From the NCBI GenBank assembly GCA_963841145.1, contig CAWJBO010000005.1, positions 213 through 64,212 of the forward strand: a stretch of 64,000 bases of DNA, given 5' to 3'. The translations under genes and the position numbers were made by a program. The notes under the pieces are model-generated. The model had not been told where the DNA came from and made no database searches. It saw only the letters and a program-made list of their open reading frames with translations. Shown one piece after another: positions 43,412 through 52,989 of the stretch; position 1 is the first letter of the stretch, and each line of letters starts with the position of its first letter. This DNA is from an uncultured Gammaproteobacteria bacterium. Its GTDB lineage: Bacteria > Pseudomonadota > Gammaproteobacteria > Steroidobacterales > Woeseiaceae.

Positions 43412-46400
43412 CTAACTCGCGGCCATCTTCACCGCTGCATCGAGGTCCACCGAAACCAACCGTGAGACACCTGGCTCCTGCATAGTGACACCCGATAACT
43501 GTCGAGCCAGCTCCATCGTGACTTTATTGTGGGTGATAAAGATAAACTGCACCTGCTCAGACATGTCCTTGACGATTTCGCAAAAGCGACCGACGTTGGC
43601 GTCATCAAGAGGCGCGTCAACCTCATCCAGCATGCAGAAAGGTGCCGGGTTCAACTCAAAAATCGCAAACACCATGGCAACCGCAGTAAGCGCCTTCTCG
43701 CCACCCGACAAAAGGTGAATCGTGCTGTTGCGCTTGCCAGGTGGACGGGCCATAACCGTCACGCCGGCAGACAGCAGATCATCGCCGGTCATCTCAAGGT
43801 AAGCGTGGCCGCCGCCGAAGAGCTTCGGAAAGAGACGTTTGAAACCATCGTTTACATTATTGAATGTCTCCTGGAAACGTGTGCGTGTCTCGCGGTCAAT
43901 CTTGCGAATAGCTCCCTCAAGGGTTTCCAGAGCGTCATTCAGATCTGCAAGCTGCGAGTCCAGGTACTCCTTGCGCTCGTTCTGTTCTTTAAATTCATCG
44001 ATAGCGGCGAGGTTGATCGGCCCAAGACGATCAATTCGCAGGCGCAACTTCGCGAGTTTCTCTTCCCAACCCTCGATCGTTGCCGTCTCGTCCATTTCCT
44101 CCAGCAACGATTCAAGTTCGAACTCGGTTTGGGACAGCTGATCAGCAAATCCCTCATGTCGCACCCGAAGCTCTTGCACCGCCATTTCCGCTTCGCTCAC
44201 GTGTGTACGCGCGGCGTCGACTGACTGATCTACCTGCAGCCGCGACTGATCCAGTTCTCGCAGCTCGGCTTCGATCTTCTCGACAACCTGCCGTGCAGCA
44301 GCGAGTTCTTCCTCGACGACGAGTCTTACTGCGAGCTGTTCTTCAAGCGACGTCTTGTTTTCGGCAAGCGGCGCCACACTCTGCTGCAATTGCTCGCGAA
44401 TCTCTTGTTCTCGAGATTGGAACTGGTTCAGCTGAGCCTGCATACGCGCGAGGTTCTGCGCAGCTGACTCCTTGCTCGTACGACGGCTTTCAAACTGAAT
44501 TGCAGTGCTCTGAACGCTCTGTCGATCTTCTTCTGACTGCGCCCGGACTCGCTGCAACTCCGACCGTAGCTCCTCACGCTGCGACTCCAGGCTGGTCTTT
44601 TCAGCTTCAAGCCGCTCCATAGAATCGATAGCTTGACCGTGAACCCGTCGCGACTCTCGCAACTGCTCTTCAGCGGATATCTTCTCGCCATCAAGTTCAC
44701 TCGCCTCTTCAGCGAGCGCAAGCGTACGGGCCGCAGCCTGGTCCATTTTAAACCGGGCGGATTCCATCGCAGCCTTGATCTCGGAGTATTCGTTGAGCAC
44801 CGATGACGCGTCCTGCTGCATGGTTTCGCGGCGCTCTTCAAGTTGCGTCAGACGCATCCGGCCGTCGCGCTGGAGTTTCCGGGTACTTTCGAAGCGTGCC
44901 AGCATCTCGCGGAGATCAGCTTTCATACGGCGCATTTCATGCTCGCGTGCCAGCACGCCCGCTTTGCCATCCTGGGTTCGTGCGACGCGCAGCCAATTTT
45001 GGCCCAGCCAGATGCCGTCATCGGTAACTACCGACTCGCCAGCGCCGAGCGACTCGCGAATTGACAGGGCGTCACCGAGCGACGTTGCGACTCTTACCTG
45101 GCCGAGTATCTGCACGACTGCCGCCGGTGCCCCGGCAACTTTGCCAGCCAAGGTGCTGTCGGCGGCCGAAAAATCGCCGTCTCTCGCCTGTTCGCGGAAC
45201 ACAGTCAGGCTGCCGCTCTTTAAACTTGTTATCGACTCGGCAACCGGCGTGATATCTGAGACGCATACGGCCTGAAGGTAATCGCCCAATACCGTTTCGA
45301 CCGCCCGATCCCAACCGCTGGCAACGTCCAGCGTCTGTGCGACGCGTCGGTTGCCCTCAAGGCCTGCGCCCGCAAGCCAGCGCTTGGTGCTGTCATCGCC
45401 CGTTCCCAACGCCGCGTCCTGAAGTGCCTCCAGCGATGCAAACTTGCCCTGCGATTCATGCAGTGTGGTGCGGCGCTCTTCGACCAGGCGGGTCAATTTC
45501 TGATCTTGTTCGCGGAGCTTGCGGATCTTCTCCGCGGTATCTGTCAGATGCCGCTCGAACTCATCTCGTGCCTGGCGCTTCCTGAGCTCCTGTTCGGCCA
45601 GCTCGTCGTGCTTCGTCTTTAGTTCCACAGGGCTCGCGACGGTTTGCGCATCGTCGATCTTCTTGCGACGCTCCGAAAAGCTCTGCAGACGCGACTCAAT
45701 TTGTTCGGCGCGAGTATTCTCGACGTTCTGCTGCTGCAGCGCCTGGTTGTATCGCAGCGCATGGGCGTCCCACTGCTTCTGCCACTCAGCTAGCGCCGTT
45801 TCGGCACGCTGCAGCGACTCCGACGAAGAACGCTCGCTCTGCCGCGCTTGCTCCAGACCAGGCACCAGCTCACTCAGCGTGAGCTCGAGCTGCTCAATCT
45901 CGTCACGGTCCTGATTGATGTGCGCTGTGATTTCCCTGGCGCCGAGGACGGCCTGATCGAGGTCGGCCTCCTGTCGCTCCCGCAGGTCACGTGCGTGTTC
46001 TATCGATTGCTCCAGACGGGCGATGTCTGAGCCAACCTTGTAGTAGCGACCTTGTACGGCATTGAACTCGTCAGCGCGCTCGCTCTGCACAACGCGTGTG
46101 TCTTCCAAAGCGGCTTCGAGGCTGCGTTGTTTAGCGATAGCGGCTTCCAGCCGCGTCTTCTGCTCTTCAAGGCGTGTTTTCGCAGCGGTGGCCCGCTCGT
46201 CAACGTCCTGCGTTCGCAGCGCAAGGACTTCGGCCGACATCCTGCGTTCTTCGTTCTTATAGCGGCTGTATCGTTCTGCCGTTTTGGCCTGCCGGTCGAG
46301 GTGTTTGATCTGCTTTTCGACCTCGTCGAGCACGTCTAGAAGTCGATCCAGGTTTTCCTTGGTGTGCTTGATTCGGTTCGAAGTCTCGCGACGACGCTCT

Positions 46401-46921
46401 TTGTACTTCGAAATCCCCGCAGCCTCTTCGAGGAATACGCGCATCTCTTCCGGCTTCGCCTCGATAAGCCGGGAAATCATACCCTGCTCAATAATGGAAT
46501 AGCTGCGTGGACCGAGGCCAGTACCGAGGAAAACGCCTGTGATGTCCTTACGGCGACAGCGCGTACCGTTCAGGAAATAATTGGAAATGCCGTCTCGGCT
46601 TACTTCGCGGCGAATCGAGATCTCGGCGTACTGGGCGTACTGCCCTTCCAACGTGGTTTCGGTATTGTCGAACAGCAACTCAACGGATGCCGAGCCAATC
46701 GGCTTGCGTGAGCTCGAACCATTGAAGATCACGTCGGTGATGGAGTCGCCACGGAGGCGGCTGGCCGAACTCTCGCCCATAACCCAGCGCACGGCATCGA
46801 TGACATTCGACTTACCACAGCCGTTCGGCCCGACAACGCCAACCAGGCTACTTGGAAATGTGATCGTTGTTGGGTCGACGAAGGATTTGAAGCCGGCGAG
46901 CTTGATCTTGCTTAATCGCAT
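43412..46921 (-). CDS. smc: chromosome segregation protein SMC
   Basis: 1169-aa ORF with Walker A (GPNGCGKSNVIDA), long coiled coils, a hinge, a signature motif (LSGGEKALTAVA) and Walker B (FCMLDEVDAPLDD). Confidence 0.97.
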   Translation of the reverse strand: MRLSKIKLAGFKSFVDPTTITFPSSLVGVVGPNGCGKSNVIDAVRWVMGESSASRLRGDSITDVIFNGSSSRKPIGSASVELLFDNTETTLEGQYAQYAEISIRREVSRDGISNYFLNGTRCRRKDITGVFLGTGLGPRSYSIIEQGMISRLIEAKPEEMRVFLEEAAGISKYKERRRETSNRIKHTKENLDRLLDVLDEVEKQIKHLDRQAKTAERYSRYKNEERRMSAEVLALRTQDVDERATAAKTRLEEQKTRLEAAIAKQRSLEAALEDTRVVQSERADEFNAVQGRYYKVGSDIARLEQSIEHARDLRERQEADLDQAVLGAREITAHINQDRDEIEQLELTLSELVPGLEQARQSERSSSESLQRAETALAEWQKQWDAHALRYNQALQQQNVENTRAEQIESRLQSFSERRKKIDDAQTVASPVELKTKHDELAEQELRKRQARDEFERHLTDTAEKIRKLREQDQKLTRLVEERRTTLHESQGKFASLEALQDAALGTGDDSTKRWLAGAGLEGNRRVAQTLDVASGWDRAVETVLGDYLQAVCVSDITPVAESITSLKSGSLTVFREQARDGDFSAADSTLAGKVAGAPAAVVQILGQVRVATSLGDALSIRESLGAGESVVTDDGIWLGQNWLRVARTQDGKAGVLAREHEMRRMKADLREMLARFESTRKLQRDGRMRLTQLEERRETMQQDASSVLNEYSEIKAAMESARFKMDQAAARTLALAEEASELDGEKISAEEQLRESRRVHGQAIDSMERLEAEKTSLESQREELRSELQRVRAQSEEDRQSVQSTAIQFESRRTSKESAAQNLARMQAQLNQFQSREQEIREQLQQSVAPLAENKTSLEEQLAVRLVVEEELAAARQVVEKIEAELRELDQSRLQVDQSVDAARTHVSEAEMAVQELRVRHEGFADQLSQTEFELESLLEEMDETATIEGWEEKLAKLRLRIDRLGPINLAAIDEFKEQNERKEYLDSQLADLNDALETLEGAIRKIDRETRTRFQETFNNVNDGFKRLFPKLFGGGHAYLEMTGDDLLSAGVTVMARPPGKRNSTIHLLSGGEKALTAVAMVFAIFELNPAPFCMLDEVDAPLDDANVGRFCEIVKDMSEQVQFIFITHNKVTMELARQLSGVTMQEPGVSRLVSVDLDAAVKMAAS

Positions 46922-47102
46922 TGGTGGTGTAGGCCGATATCCCGTAAAAGGCGGTTAGTGTAATGCAATTCCGGCAATAAAACGATTGTCGCCCAAAAAA
47001 GACAATATCGGCAAAAGGCCAGCAAATACAGGGGCTGCGGGGGCTTTACGTGGTTCTGAAACAGCGGGCAAAAATAAGGCTTCCATAGGGCTACCAGCCA
47101 TG

Positions 47103-47108
47103 TATAAT
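47103..47108 (+). promoter_or_regulatory. candidate -10 hexamer for the lysine-rich DksA gene
   Basis: Perfect TATAAT lies 35 nt upstream of ATG 47143. An AGGAG Shine-Dalgarno sits at 47131-47135 with a 7-nt spacer to the ATG. Only a weak -35 is visible. Confidence 0.45.
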
Positions 47109-47142
47109 CGCGGCCTTTTCTGTCCCCGGCAGGAGCAAATTG

Positions 47143-48162
47143 ATGCCCGTAAAGAAAGCAACGAGCAAGAAGCGAAAGTCGACGACGGCTCGCAAGAAAG
47201 TTACCCGTAAAAAGGCCACGGCGAAGAAAGCCACCGCCAAGCGGAAAACAGCGAGCAAAACGAAGGCGCCCGCTCGAAAGAGCGCGCGCAAGAAAAAAGC
47301 GAGTAAGAAGAAAGTGACCAAAAAGAAATCGGCGGCCAAGAAGAAAGTGAGCAAGAAGAAGCCGGCGGCCAGGAAGAAGGTCAGCAAGAAGAAGCCAGCG
47401 GCCAGGAAGAAGGTCAGCAAGAAGAAGCCGGCGGCCAGGAAGAAGGTCAGCAAGAAGAAGCCGGCGGCCAGGAAGAAGGTCAGCAAGAAGAAACCGGCGG
47501 CCAGGAAGAAGGTCAGCAAGAAGAAACCGGCAGCCAAGAAAAAGGCCACCAAGAAAATCGCCAAGAAGAAGCCCGTGTCGCGTAAGAAGGCGCCTGCCAG
47601 GAAGAAGGCAAGCAGCAAGAAACACGTGCCCAGCGTCAAGAAGGCGGCCGTCAAGAAACGCGTACCCTCCCGGGAACCCGTCGCTCGAAAAGCGCCCGCC
47701 ACTCCGCGAGCCAGGCGCGACGTCATGTCCGGACCTATTCATGGTATTGCGCCGTACAAGCCAAAGCGCGGCGAGGAATTCATGAGCGACGCGCAGATAG
47801 AACATTTTCGGAAAATACTGTCAGCCTGGAAGAACGAACTGATTTTCGAGGTTGACCGTACCGTGCATCACATGCAGGACGAGGCAGCCAACTTCCCGGA
47901 CCCGAATGACCGAGCCACACAGGAGTCCGAATTCGGCCTGGAACTTCGAACGCGTGATCGCGAACGCAAGTTGCTGCGAAAAATCGAACAGGCGCTGGCT
48001 CGCCTGGATGATGGAAGCTACGGATTCTGCGATGAGACCGGCGAAGAGATCGGACTCAAGCGCCTCGAGGCACGCCCGGTAGCAACGCTCTGCCTGGAAG
48101 CACAAGAGCGGCGTGAACTTGCCGAGCGGCAGTTCCGCGACAGGGACGATCGTTACCGGTAG
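47143..48162 (+). CDS. dksA: RNA polymerase-binding transcription factor DksA with an N-terminal lysine-rich histone H1/AlgP-like repeat extension
   Basis: The C-terminal ~145 aa are collinear with E. coli DksA (GEEFMSDAQIEHFRKILSAWKNEL...HMQDEAANFPDPNDRATQESEFGLELRTRDRERKLLRKIEQAL...LEARP). The same frame is open for ~195 codons upstream and encodes a K/A/P/R-rich sequence (75 Lys in the first 190 residues by hand count). The SD and -10 precede the upstream ATG. gluQ follows immediately, as is typical. Confidence 0.8.
   Translation: MPVKKATSKKRKSTTARKKVTRKKATAKKATAKRKTASKTKAPARKSARKKKASKKKVTKKKSAAKKKVSKKKPAARKKVSKKKPAARKKVSKKKPAARKKVSKKKPAARKKVSKKKPAARKKVSKKKPAAKKKATKKIAKKKPVSRKKAPARKKASSKKHVPSVKKAAVKKRVPSREPVARKAPATPRARRDVMSGPIHGIAPYKPKRGEEFMSDAQIEHFRKILSAWKNELIFEVDRTVHHMQDEAANFPDPNDRATQESEFGLELRTRDRERKLLRKIEQALARLDDGSYGFCDETGEEIGLKRLEARPVATLCLEAQERRELAERQFRDRDDRYR
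47341..47538 (+). repeat. 33-bp tandem coding repeat x6 (KKVSKKKPAAR units)
   Basis: aagaaggtcagcaagaagaagccggcggccagg is repeated six times with a few substitutions. It lies inside the lysine-rich domain. Confidence 0.95.
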
Positions 48163-48177
48163 GCCGGATCGCCGACG

Positions 48178-49110
48178 GTGACGCGCGAGCCAGCCCAATA
48201 CGTCGGCCGGTTCGCGCCTTCACCCACCGGGCCACTCCATTTTGGCTCGCTGGTCGCGGCCACCGCCAGTTACCTGCAAGCGCGGTCGATGAACGGTCGA
48301 TGGCTGCTGCGCATCGAGGACATCGACCCGCCGCGGGCGCAGCCTGGTGCCAGCGACGCTATCCTGAAAGCACTTGAGCGGTACGCCTTCGAGTGGCACT
48401 CGGATGTCATATTCCAGAGCAGCAGCCAGGAAGCCCACGAGGCGGCACTGCGAACCCTGCTTGAGCAGGGCCACGCCTATGCCTGCGGCTGTTCACGCCG
48501 CGACCTCGCGGATGCAGCACGGGGCCCTCTTGGCACGATCTATCCTGGCACCTGTCGGAATGGCTGCGACGCCCCCGAAACGGCCATTCGCGTCAGAACG
48601 ACAGATGCCCCAATCTCGTTCATCGACGGATTACAGGGTCCCCACACCCAGGCGCTGGAAAGTGAGTCAGGCGACTTTGTGATTCGACGCCGCGACGGGC
48701 TCATCGCCTACCATCTGGCCGTGGTAGTGAATGACGCGCTTGAAGGCATTTCGGAGATTGTGCGTGGCATTGACCTGATGGACTCAACGCCACGACAGAT
48801 CTGGCTACAGAAACTGCTCGGCTTCCCCACACCGGGTTACCTCCATATCCCTGTCGTCACCCACCCGAACGGCGACAAACTCAGCAAACTGACGGGCGCG
48901 CGGGCGGTGCCACTGGACGATGCCGAACGGGCGCTGTTCGGTGCCCTCGTGGCGCTGCAGCAGGAGCCGCCGGCATCGCTGCGATACGCCTCACTCACTG
49001 AAATCTGGCGGTGGGGCCTGACGAACTGGCGCATTGAGGTGCTGCAAGGCAAAGTCGCTGTTCCTACTGATAGCACCGCTTTGGCGGCTCTTGGCCCCGG
49101 ACTCTGGTGA
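48178..49110 (+). CDS. gluQ: tRNA glutamyl-Q(34) synthetase
   Basis: 310-aa ORF with a GTG start. Has a GluRS-like catalytic core without an anticodon-binding domain (GRFAPSPTGPLHFGSLVAA...LLRIEDID...KLSK motif: DKLSKLTG). The dksA-gluQ pair is conserved. Confidence 0.92.
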   Translation: MTREPAQYVGRFAPSPTGPLHFGSLVAATASYLQARSMNGRWLLRIEDIDPPRAQPGASDAILKALERYAFEWHSDVIFQSSSQEAHEAALRTLLEQGHAYACGCSRRDLADAARGPLGTIYPGTCRNGCDAPETAIRVRTTDAPISFIDGLQGPHTQALESESGDFVIRRRDGLIAYHLAVVVNDALEGISEIVRGIDLMDSTPRQIWLQKLLGFPTPGYLHIPVVTHPNGDKLSKLTGARAVPLDDAERALFGALVALQQEPPASLRYASLTEIWRWGLTNWRIEVLQGKVAVPTDSTALAALGPGLW

Positions 49111-49145
49111 GCGACGCATCTTGACATTAACCCCAGAAATACAAT

Positions 49146-49258
49146 AGCTTCACCCTTGCAACGGGGATACGCTCCCCCGCCCCCTGTTGCAAATGCCTGA
49201 AGGTGAAATCACTCTACGGCGGGCCCCCTGCGCAAGCGGGGGGCCATTTTTTTTGCCA
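49146..49258 (+). ncRNA. candidate structured small RNA or leader ending in an intrinsic terminator
   Basis: Nested helices (ttcacc/ggtgaa, ttgcaac/gttgcaa, gggga/tcccc) are followed by ggccccc-N10-gggggcc plus T8. It lies in the 188-nt gap between gluQ and the hydrolase gene. No known family recognised. Confidence 0.25.
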
Positions 49259-49298
49259 GTTTCCTCTCTCCTATCGCAAATTCGGCTTATTTCCGACG

Positions 49299-50327
49299 AT
49301 GTCCTCTGACGCCCACGACAAACGCATCATTCCCAGCACGTTCCGGGCAGCCCGCTGGCTTCGCAACCGGCACGCTCAGACGATCTATCCGAGCATGCCG
49401 TGGGCCTGGCGCGGTAAGCCTGCGCTACGCCGAGACAGCCTCGAATTGCCGGACGGTGACATCACGGCCGTCGACTGGCTGGTCGAGGCGGACGACACGC
49501 CGGATGCCGCGCCACTGCTCATTATCCTGCATGGTCTCGAGGGATCCGCCGAGTCGTCGTATGCGCGCATGCTCATGGAGGCAGCGAGGGACCGGGGCTG
49601 GCGTTCCTGCGTCCTGCATTTTCGAGACTGCGGCGACTACACGAACAGACTGCCGCGGCGCTACCATGCCGGCGAGACCAATGACTTGCGCTTCTTCCTG
49701 AACCGCCTGCAGGCCGAACGCGAGGGCTCACAGAACCCGGGCCCGCTACTGGCGGTCGGCTATTCTCTGGGCGGCAACGTACTCTTGAAATATCTCGGCG
49801 AATCGGGCGCGGACACACCGTTAGACGCCGCCTGTGCCGTCTCGGTCCCCTTGGATCTTCACGAATGTGCCGATGCATTAGATATAGGTTTTTCAAAGAT
49901 TTATAGGCATTATCTCTTAAAACGCATGAAGTCTGCCGTGACACGGAAATTCGACCAGCATACGGCCGCTTTCGACTGGAACCGAGCCATGAACGCCCGC
50001 ACGTTTGCCGAATTCGATGATGCGGTCACGGCACCACTGCATGGGTTCCAGGGCAAACAGGACTACTATGATCGCTGCAGCTCTGTGCACTATCTGCAGG
50101 GAATCGAGACGCCAACGCTGGTCATCAACGCGCTGGACGATCCCTTCATGACACCCAACGTGATCCCGACGGCCGATCGACTCTCTGCGAGCGTGACTCT
50201 CGAAGTCGCGGAAAATGGTGGCCATGTGGGCTTTATTGATGGGGGTCCGCCCTGGCGACCGACCTTCTACCTGCCGGCCCGGATACTGGAGTTCCTGGAA
50301 CCGTTTGCGGCCAAACCGGGGCTATAA
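49299..50327 (+). CDS. YheT-like alpha/beta-fold hydrolase
   Basis: The start is taken at MSSDAHDKRIIPS (ATG 49299). Carries the HGLEGS motif (LIILHGLEGSAESSY), a nucleophile elbow (GYSLGGN) and C-terminal His (GGHVGF). Confidence 0.85.
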   Translation: MSSDAHDKRIIPSTFRAARWLRNRHAQTIYPSMPWAWRGKPALRRDSLELPDGDITAVDWLVEADDTPDAAPLLIILHGLEGSAESSYARMLMEAARDRGWRSCVLHFRDCGDYTNRLPRRYHAGETNDLRFFLNRLQAEREGSQNPGPLLAVGYSLGGNVLLKYLGESGADTPLDAACAVSVPLDLHECADALDIGFSKIYRHYLLKRMKSAVTRKFDQHTAAFDWNRAMNARTFAEFDDAVTAPLHGFQGKQDYYDRCSSVHYLQGIETPTLVINALDDPFMTPNVIPTADRLSASVTLEVAENGGHVGFIDGGPPWRPTFYLPARILEFLEPFAAKPGL

Positions 50328-50362
50328 AAAAAGGCCAGATCGCAGTAGCAATCTGGCCTTCT
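50326..50362. terminator. bidirectional intrinsic terminator between the hydrolase gene and pnp
   Basis: Hairpin aggccagat-N10-atctggcct flanked by A7 upstream and a T-rich tract downstream. The two genes converge on it. Confidence 0.7.
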
Positions 50363-50432
50363 GTGCTTTGCTTGAAGTGCCTGACCAGGCGGCGTCGACT
50401 TCCTTCATGGAAAGACGGCGGCCCTTGCCGAA

Positions 50433-52520
50433 CTACGCAGCATCCACTTCCTTCATGGAAAGACGTACCCTGCCCTGGCGATCGACTTCGAGTACCTTGA
50501 CGCGAACCGCATCACCCTCGGCGAGCTTGTCGCTAACCTTCTCAACGCGCTCATTCGAGATCTGCGAGATGTGTACCAGGCCGTCCTTGCCCGGAAGGAT
50601 GGTCACAAACGCGCCGAAGTCCATCAGGCGAGCAACCTTGCCGTCGTAGATTCTGCCAACCTCGACATCTGCCGTGATCATCTCAATCCTGCGGCTTGCT
50701 TCCTTGCCGGACGCACCGTCGACCGAAGCAATACGAATGGTGCCGTCATTGTCGATATCAACAGACGCGCCGGTTTCCTCGGTGATCGCGCGAATTACCG
50801 CGCCACCCTTGCCGATAACATCGCGAATCTTGTCGGGGTCGATCTTCATGGTCATGATGGTCGGTGCCCACTCGGACATCGTTTCACGCGGCTCGCTAAT
50901 GACCTTGTTCATCTCGTCAAGGATATGCAGCCGTGCATCGCGAGCCTGATCGAGCGCCTTGCTCATGATCTCGCGCGTGATGCCCTGGATCTTGATATCC
51001 ATCTGCAGGGCCGTGATGCCGCCGTCCGTGCCGGCTACCTTAAAGTCCATGTCGCCGAGATGATCTTCGTCGCCGAGGATATCGGTAAGAACGGCATATT
51101 CATCGCCCTCTTTCACGAGACCCATGGCAATACCGGCAACCGGTGCCTTGATAGGAACACCCGCGTCCATGAGTGCGAGGCTGGTGCCGCAAACCGACGC
51201 CATTGAACTCGAACCGTTGGATTCGGTGATCTCCGAAACAACGCGTATTACGTAGCCAAACTCGTCCATATCAGGCATAACCGCCTGAATACCACGGCGA
51301 GCCAGCTTGCCATGGCCTATTTCGCGTCGCTTCGGTGAGCCGGTGAAGCCGGTCTCACCAACGCAGAATGGCGGGAAATTGTAGTGCAGCATGAACGGCT
51401 CTTTGCGCTCGCCCAGGATGGCATCAATGATCTGCGCGTCTCGGCCGGTACCCAGCGTCGTTACGACAATGGCCTGGGTCTCACCGCGTGTGAACAATGC
51501 GGAGCCGTGGGCCCGCGGCAACAGGCCAACGCTAACCTCGATCGGTCGAACAGTCGACTGGTCGCGGCCATCGATACGGGGTTCACCCTTGATGACACGC
51601 TGGCGAACGATAGTCTTCTCGAGCTTCGACAACGCGCCCTTGACCTCGTCGGCCGACCAGCGTGACTCTTCTCCGCCGCAGAGCGATTCAGTCGACGCCG
51701 ACTTGGCTGCCGAAACGGCCGCCTGGCGATCCTGCTTGTCCGTGATGCGATAGGCTTCGGCCAATCCGGACTCGGACTCGGCCGCAACAGCAGCTGCGAG
51801 ATCTTTGTCCTCTTCCGGTGCCTGCCAGTCCCAGGCCGGCTTGCCGACTTCGGCGGCGAGCTCGTTGATCGTGTCAATAACGACCTGCATTTGCTCGTGA
51901 CCAAACATGACCGCGCCAAGCATGACTTCCTCTGACAAGCCAGTGGCTTCAGATTCCACCATTAGCACCGCGTCTTTCGTGCCAGCTACAACCAGCTCGA
52001 GATCCGAATCAGCAACCGCGGCGACGCCGGGGTTGAGGATGTACTCGCCGTCCTTATAGCCGACCTTGGCGGCGCCAATCGGTCCCGCAAACGGCATGCC
52101 GGAAATAGCCAGCGCCGCGGACGCACCGATCAGTGCCGGAATGTCAGGATCCACATCAGGATTCAATGACATCACCGTAGCGATGATCTGAACTTCATTT
52201 TTGAAGCCCTTGGGAAACAGCGGGCGAACAGGCCGGTCAATCAGGCGGCACGTCAGTACCTCTTTTTCACCCGGACGACCCTCACGCTTGAAGAACCCGC
52301 CCGGAATCTTGCCGGCCGCGTAGGTCTTCTCCTGGTAATTGACGGTCAGCGGGAAAAAGTCCCTGCCCGGATCTGCCGCTTTGCGACCAACGGCGGTCAC
52401 GAGGACGATCGTTTCGCCCATATCAACGATGACTGCACCGTCGGCCTGACGAGCGATCGCGCCCGTATCAATGGTTACCTTGTGTTCCCCATACTGGAAC
52501 GTCTTACTAGTGGATTTCAC
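50433..52520 (-). CDS. pnp: polyribonucleotide nucleotidyltransferase (PNPase)
   Basis: 695-aa ORF with two RNase PH domains, a KH domain and an S1 domain. Lies in rpsO-pnp synteny. Confidence 0.97.
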   Translation of the reverse strand: MKSTSKTFQYGEHKVTIDTGAIARQADGAVIVDMGETIVLVTAVGRKAADPGRDFFPLTVNYQEKTYAAGKIPGGFFKREGRPGEKEVLTCRLIDRPVRPLFPKGFKNEVQIIATVMSLNPDVDPDIPALIGASAALAISGMPFAGPIGAAKVGYKDGEYILNPGVAAVADSDLELVVAGTKDAVLMVESEATGLSEEVMLGAVMFGHEQMQVVIDTINELAAEVGKPAWDWQAPEEDKDLAAAVAAESESGLAEAYRITDKQDRQAAVSAAKSASTESLCGGEESRWSADEVKGALSKLEKTIVRQRVIKGEPRIDGRDQSTVRPIEVSVGLLPRAHGSALFTRGETQAIVVTTLGTGRDAQIIDAILGERKEPFMLHYNFPPFCVGETGFTGSPKRREIGHGKLARRGIQAVMPDMDEFGYVIRVVSEITESNGSSSMASVCGTSLALMDAGVPIKAPVAGIAMGLVKEGDEYAVLTDILGDEDHLGDMDFKVAGTDGGITALQMDIKIQGITREIMSKALDQARDARLHILDEMNKVISEPRETMSEWAPTIMTMKIDPDKIRDVIGKGGAVIRAITEETGASVDIDNDGTIRIASVDGASGKEASRRIEMITADVEVGRIYDGKVARLMDFGAFVTILPGKDGLVHISQISNERVEKVSDKLAEGDAVRVKVLEVDRQGRVRLSMKEVDAA

Positions 52521-52623
52521 GATGATTTCTCAGATAGATGATGTGTGGGCAATATCAATCGACCGCGAACCCCGAAGGGGTGCGACGTGTCGATTGATTA
52601 CACTGCCAAAATCGCTCGCTGAA

Positions 52624-52893
52624 TTAGCGGCGCAGACCGAGCCGGGAAATCAGCTCGCGGTAGCGGTCCTGGTCTTTGGACTTGAGGTAATCAAGCAGCT
52701 TGCGACGCTTGTTTACCATCTTCAAAAGGCCTTGACGGCTATGGTGATCCTTCTTGTGCTCGCCGAAGTGCTCGGTTAGCTCGGAAATTCTTTTTGAAAG
52801 CAGCGCGACCTGGACCTCGGGGGAGCCGGTATCGCCCTCGCCTCGTGCATAATCCGCGACGACGCTCTGCTTTGCTTCACTGGAAAGTGACAT
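52624..52893 (-). CDS. rpsO: 30S ribosomal protein S15
   Basis: 89-aa ORF ([33 protein letters not shown]...). Confidence 0.96.
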   Translation of the reverse strand: MSLSSEAKQSVVADYARGEGDTGSPEVQVALLSKRISELTEHFGEHKKDHHSRQGLLKMVNKRRKLLDYLKSKDQDRYRELISRLGLRR

Positions 52894-52989
52894 CTCTCAA
52901 TTACTCCAATTAACTCTATATATAGGCCTTTTTCGAAGCGCGGTATTCTAGCGCCTGTGCGAGCCCATTAACACCCCAAAATCAAATAT

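Noticed and set aside
47100-47108. Extended -10 (TGnTATAAT) in front of the lysine-rich dksA
   Set aside because: The TG abuts the hexamer directly (tgTATAAT) instead of being separated by one nucleotide. Only the plain -10 hexamer is claimed.
46912-47805. Long minus-strand ORFs (297 aa and 211 aa, LLADLLPGRR / FFLLTFFLAAG repeats) antisense to the lysine-rich region
   Set aside because: They are shadow frames of the AAG/AAA-rich 33-bp repeat, which has no stops on either strand. The plus frame is continuous with DksA and has its own SD and -10, so the plus strand is the coding one.
49121-49145. TTGACA ... TACAAT promoter for the candidate RNA after gluQ
   Set aside because: The spacer is only 13 nt, far from the 16-18 nt optimum. 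The element is kept as a structured region or terminator, but the promoter call is dropped.
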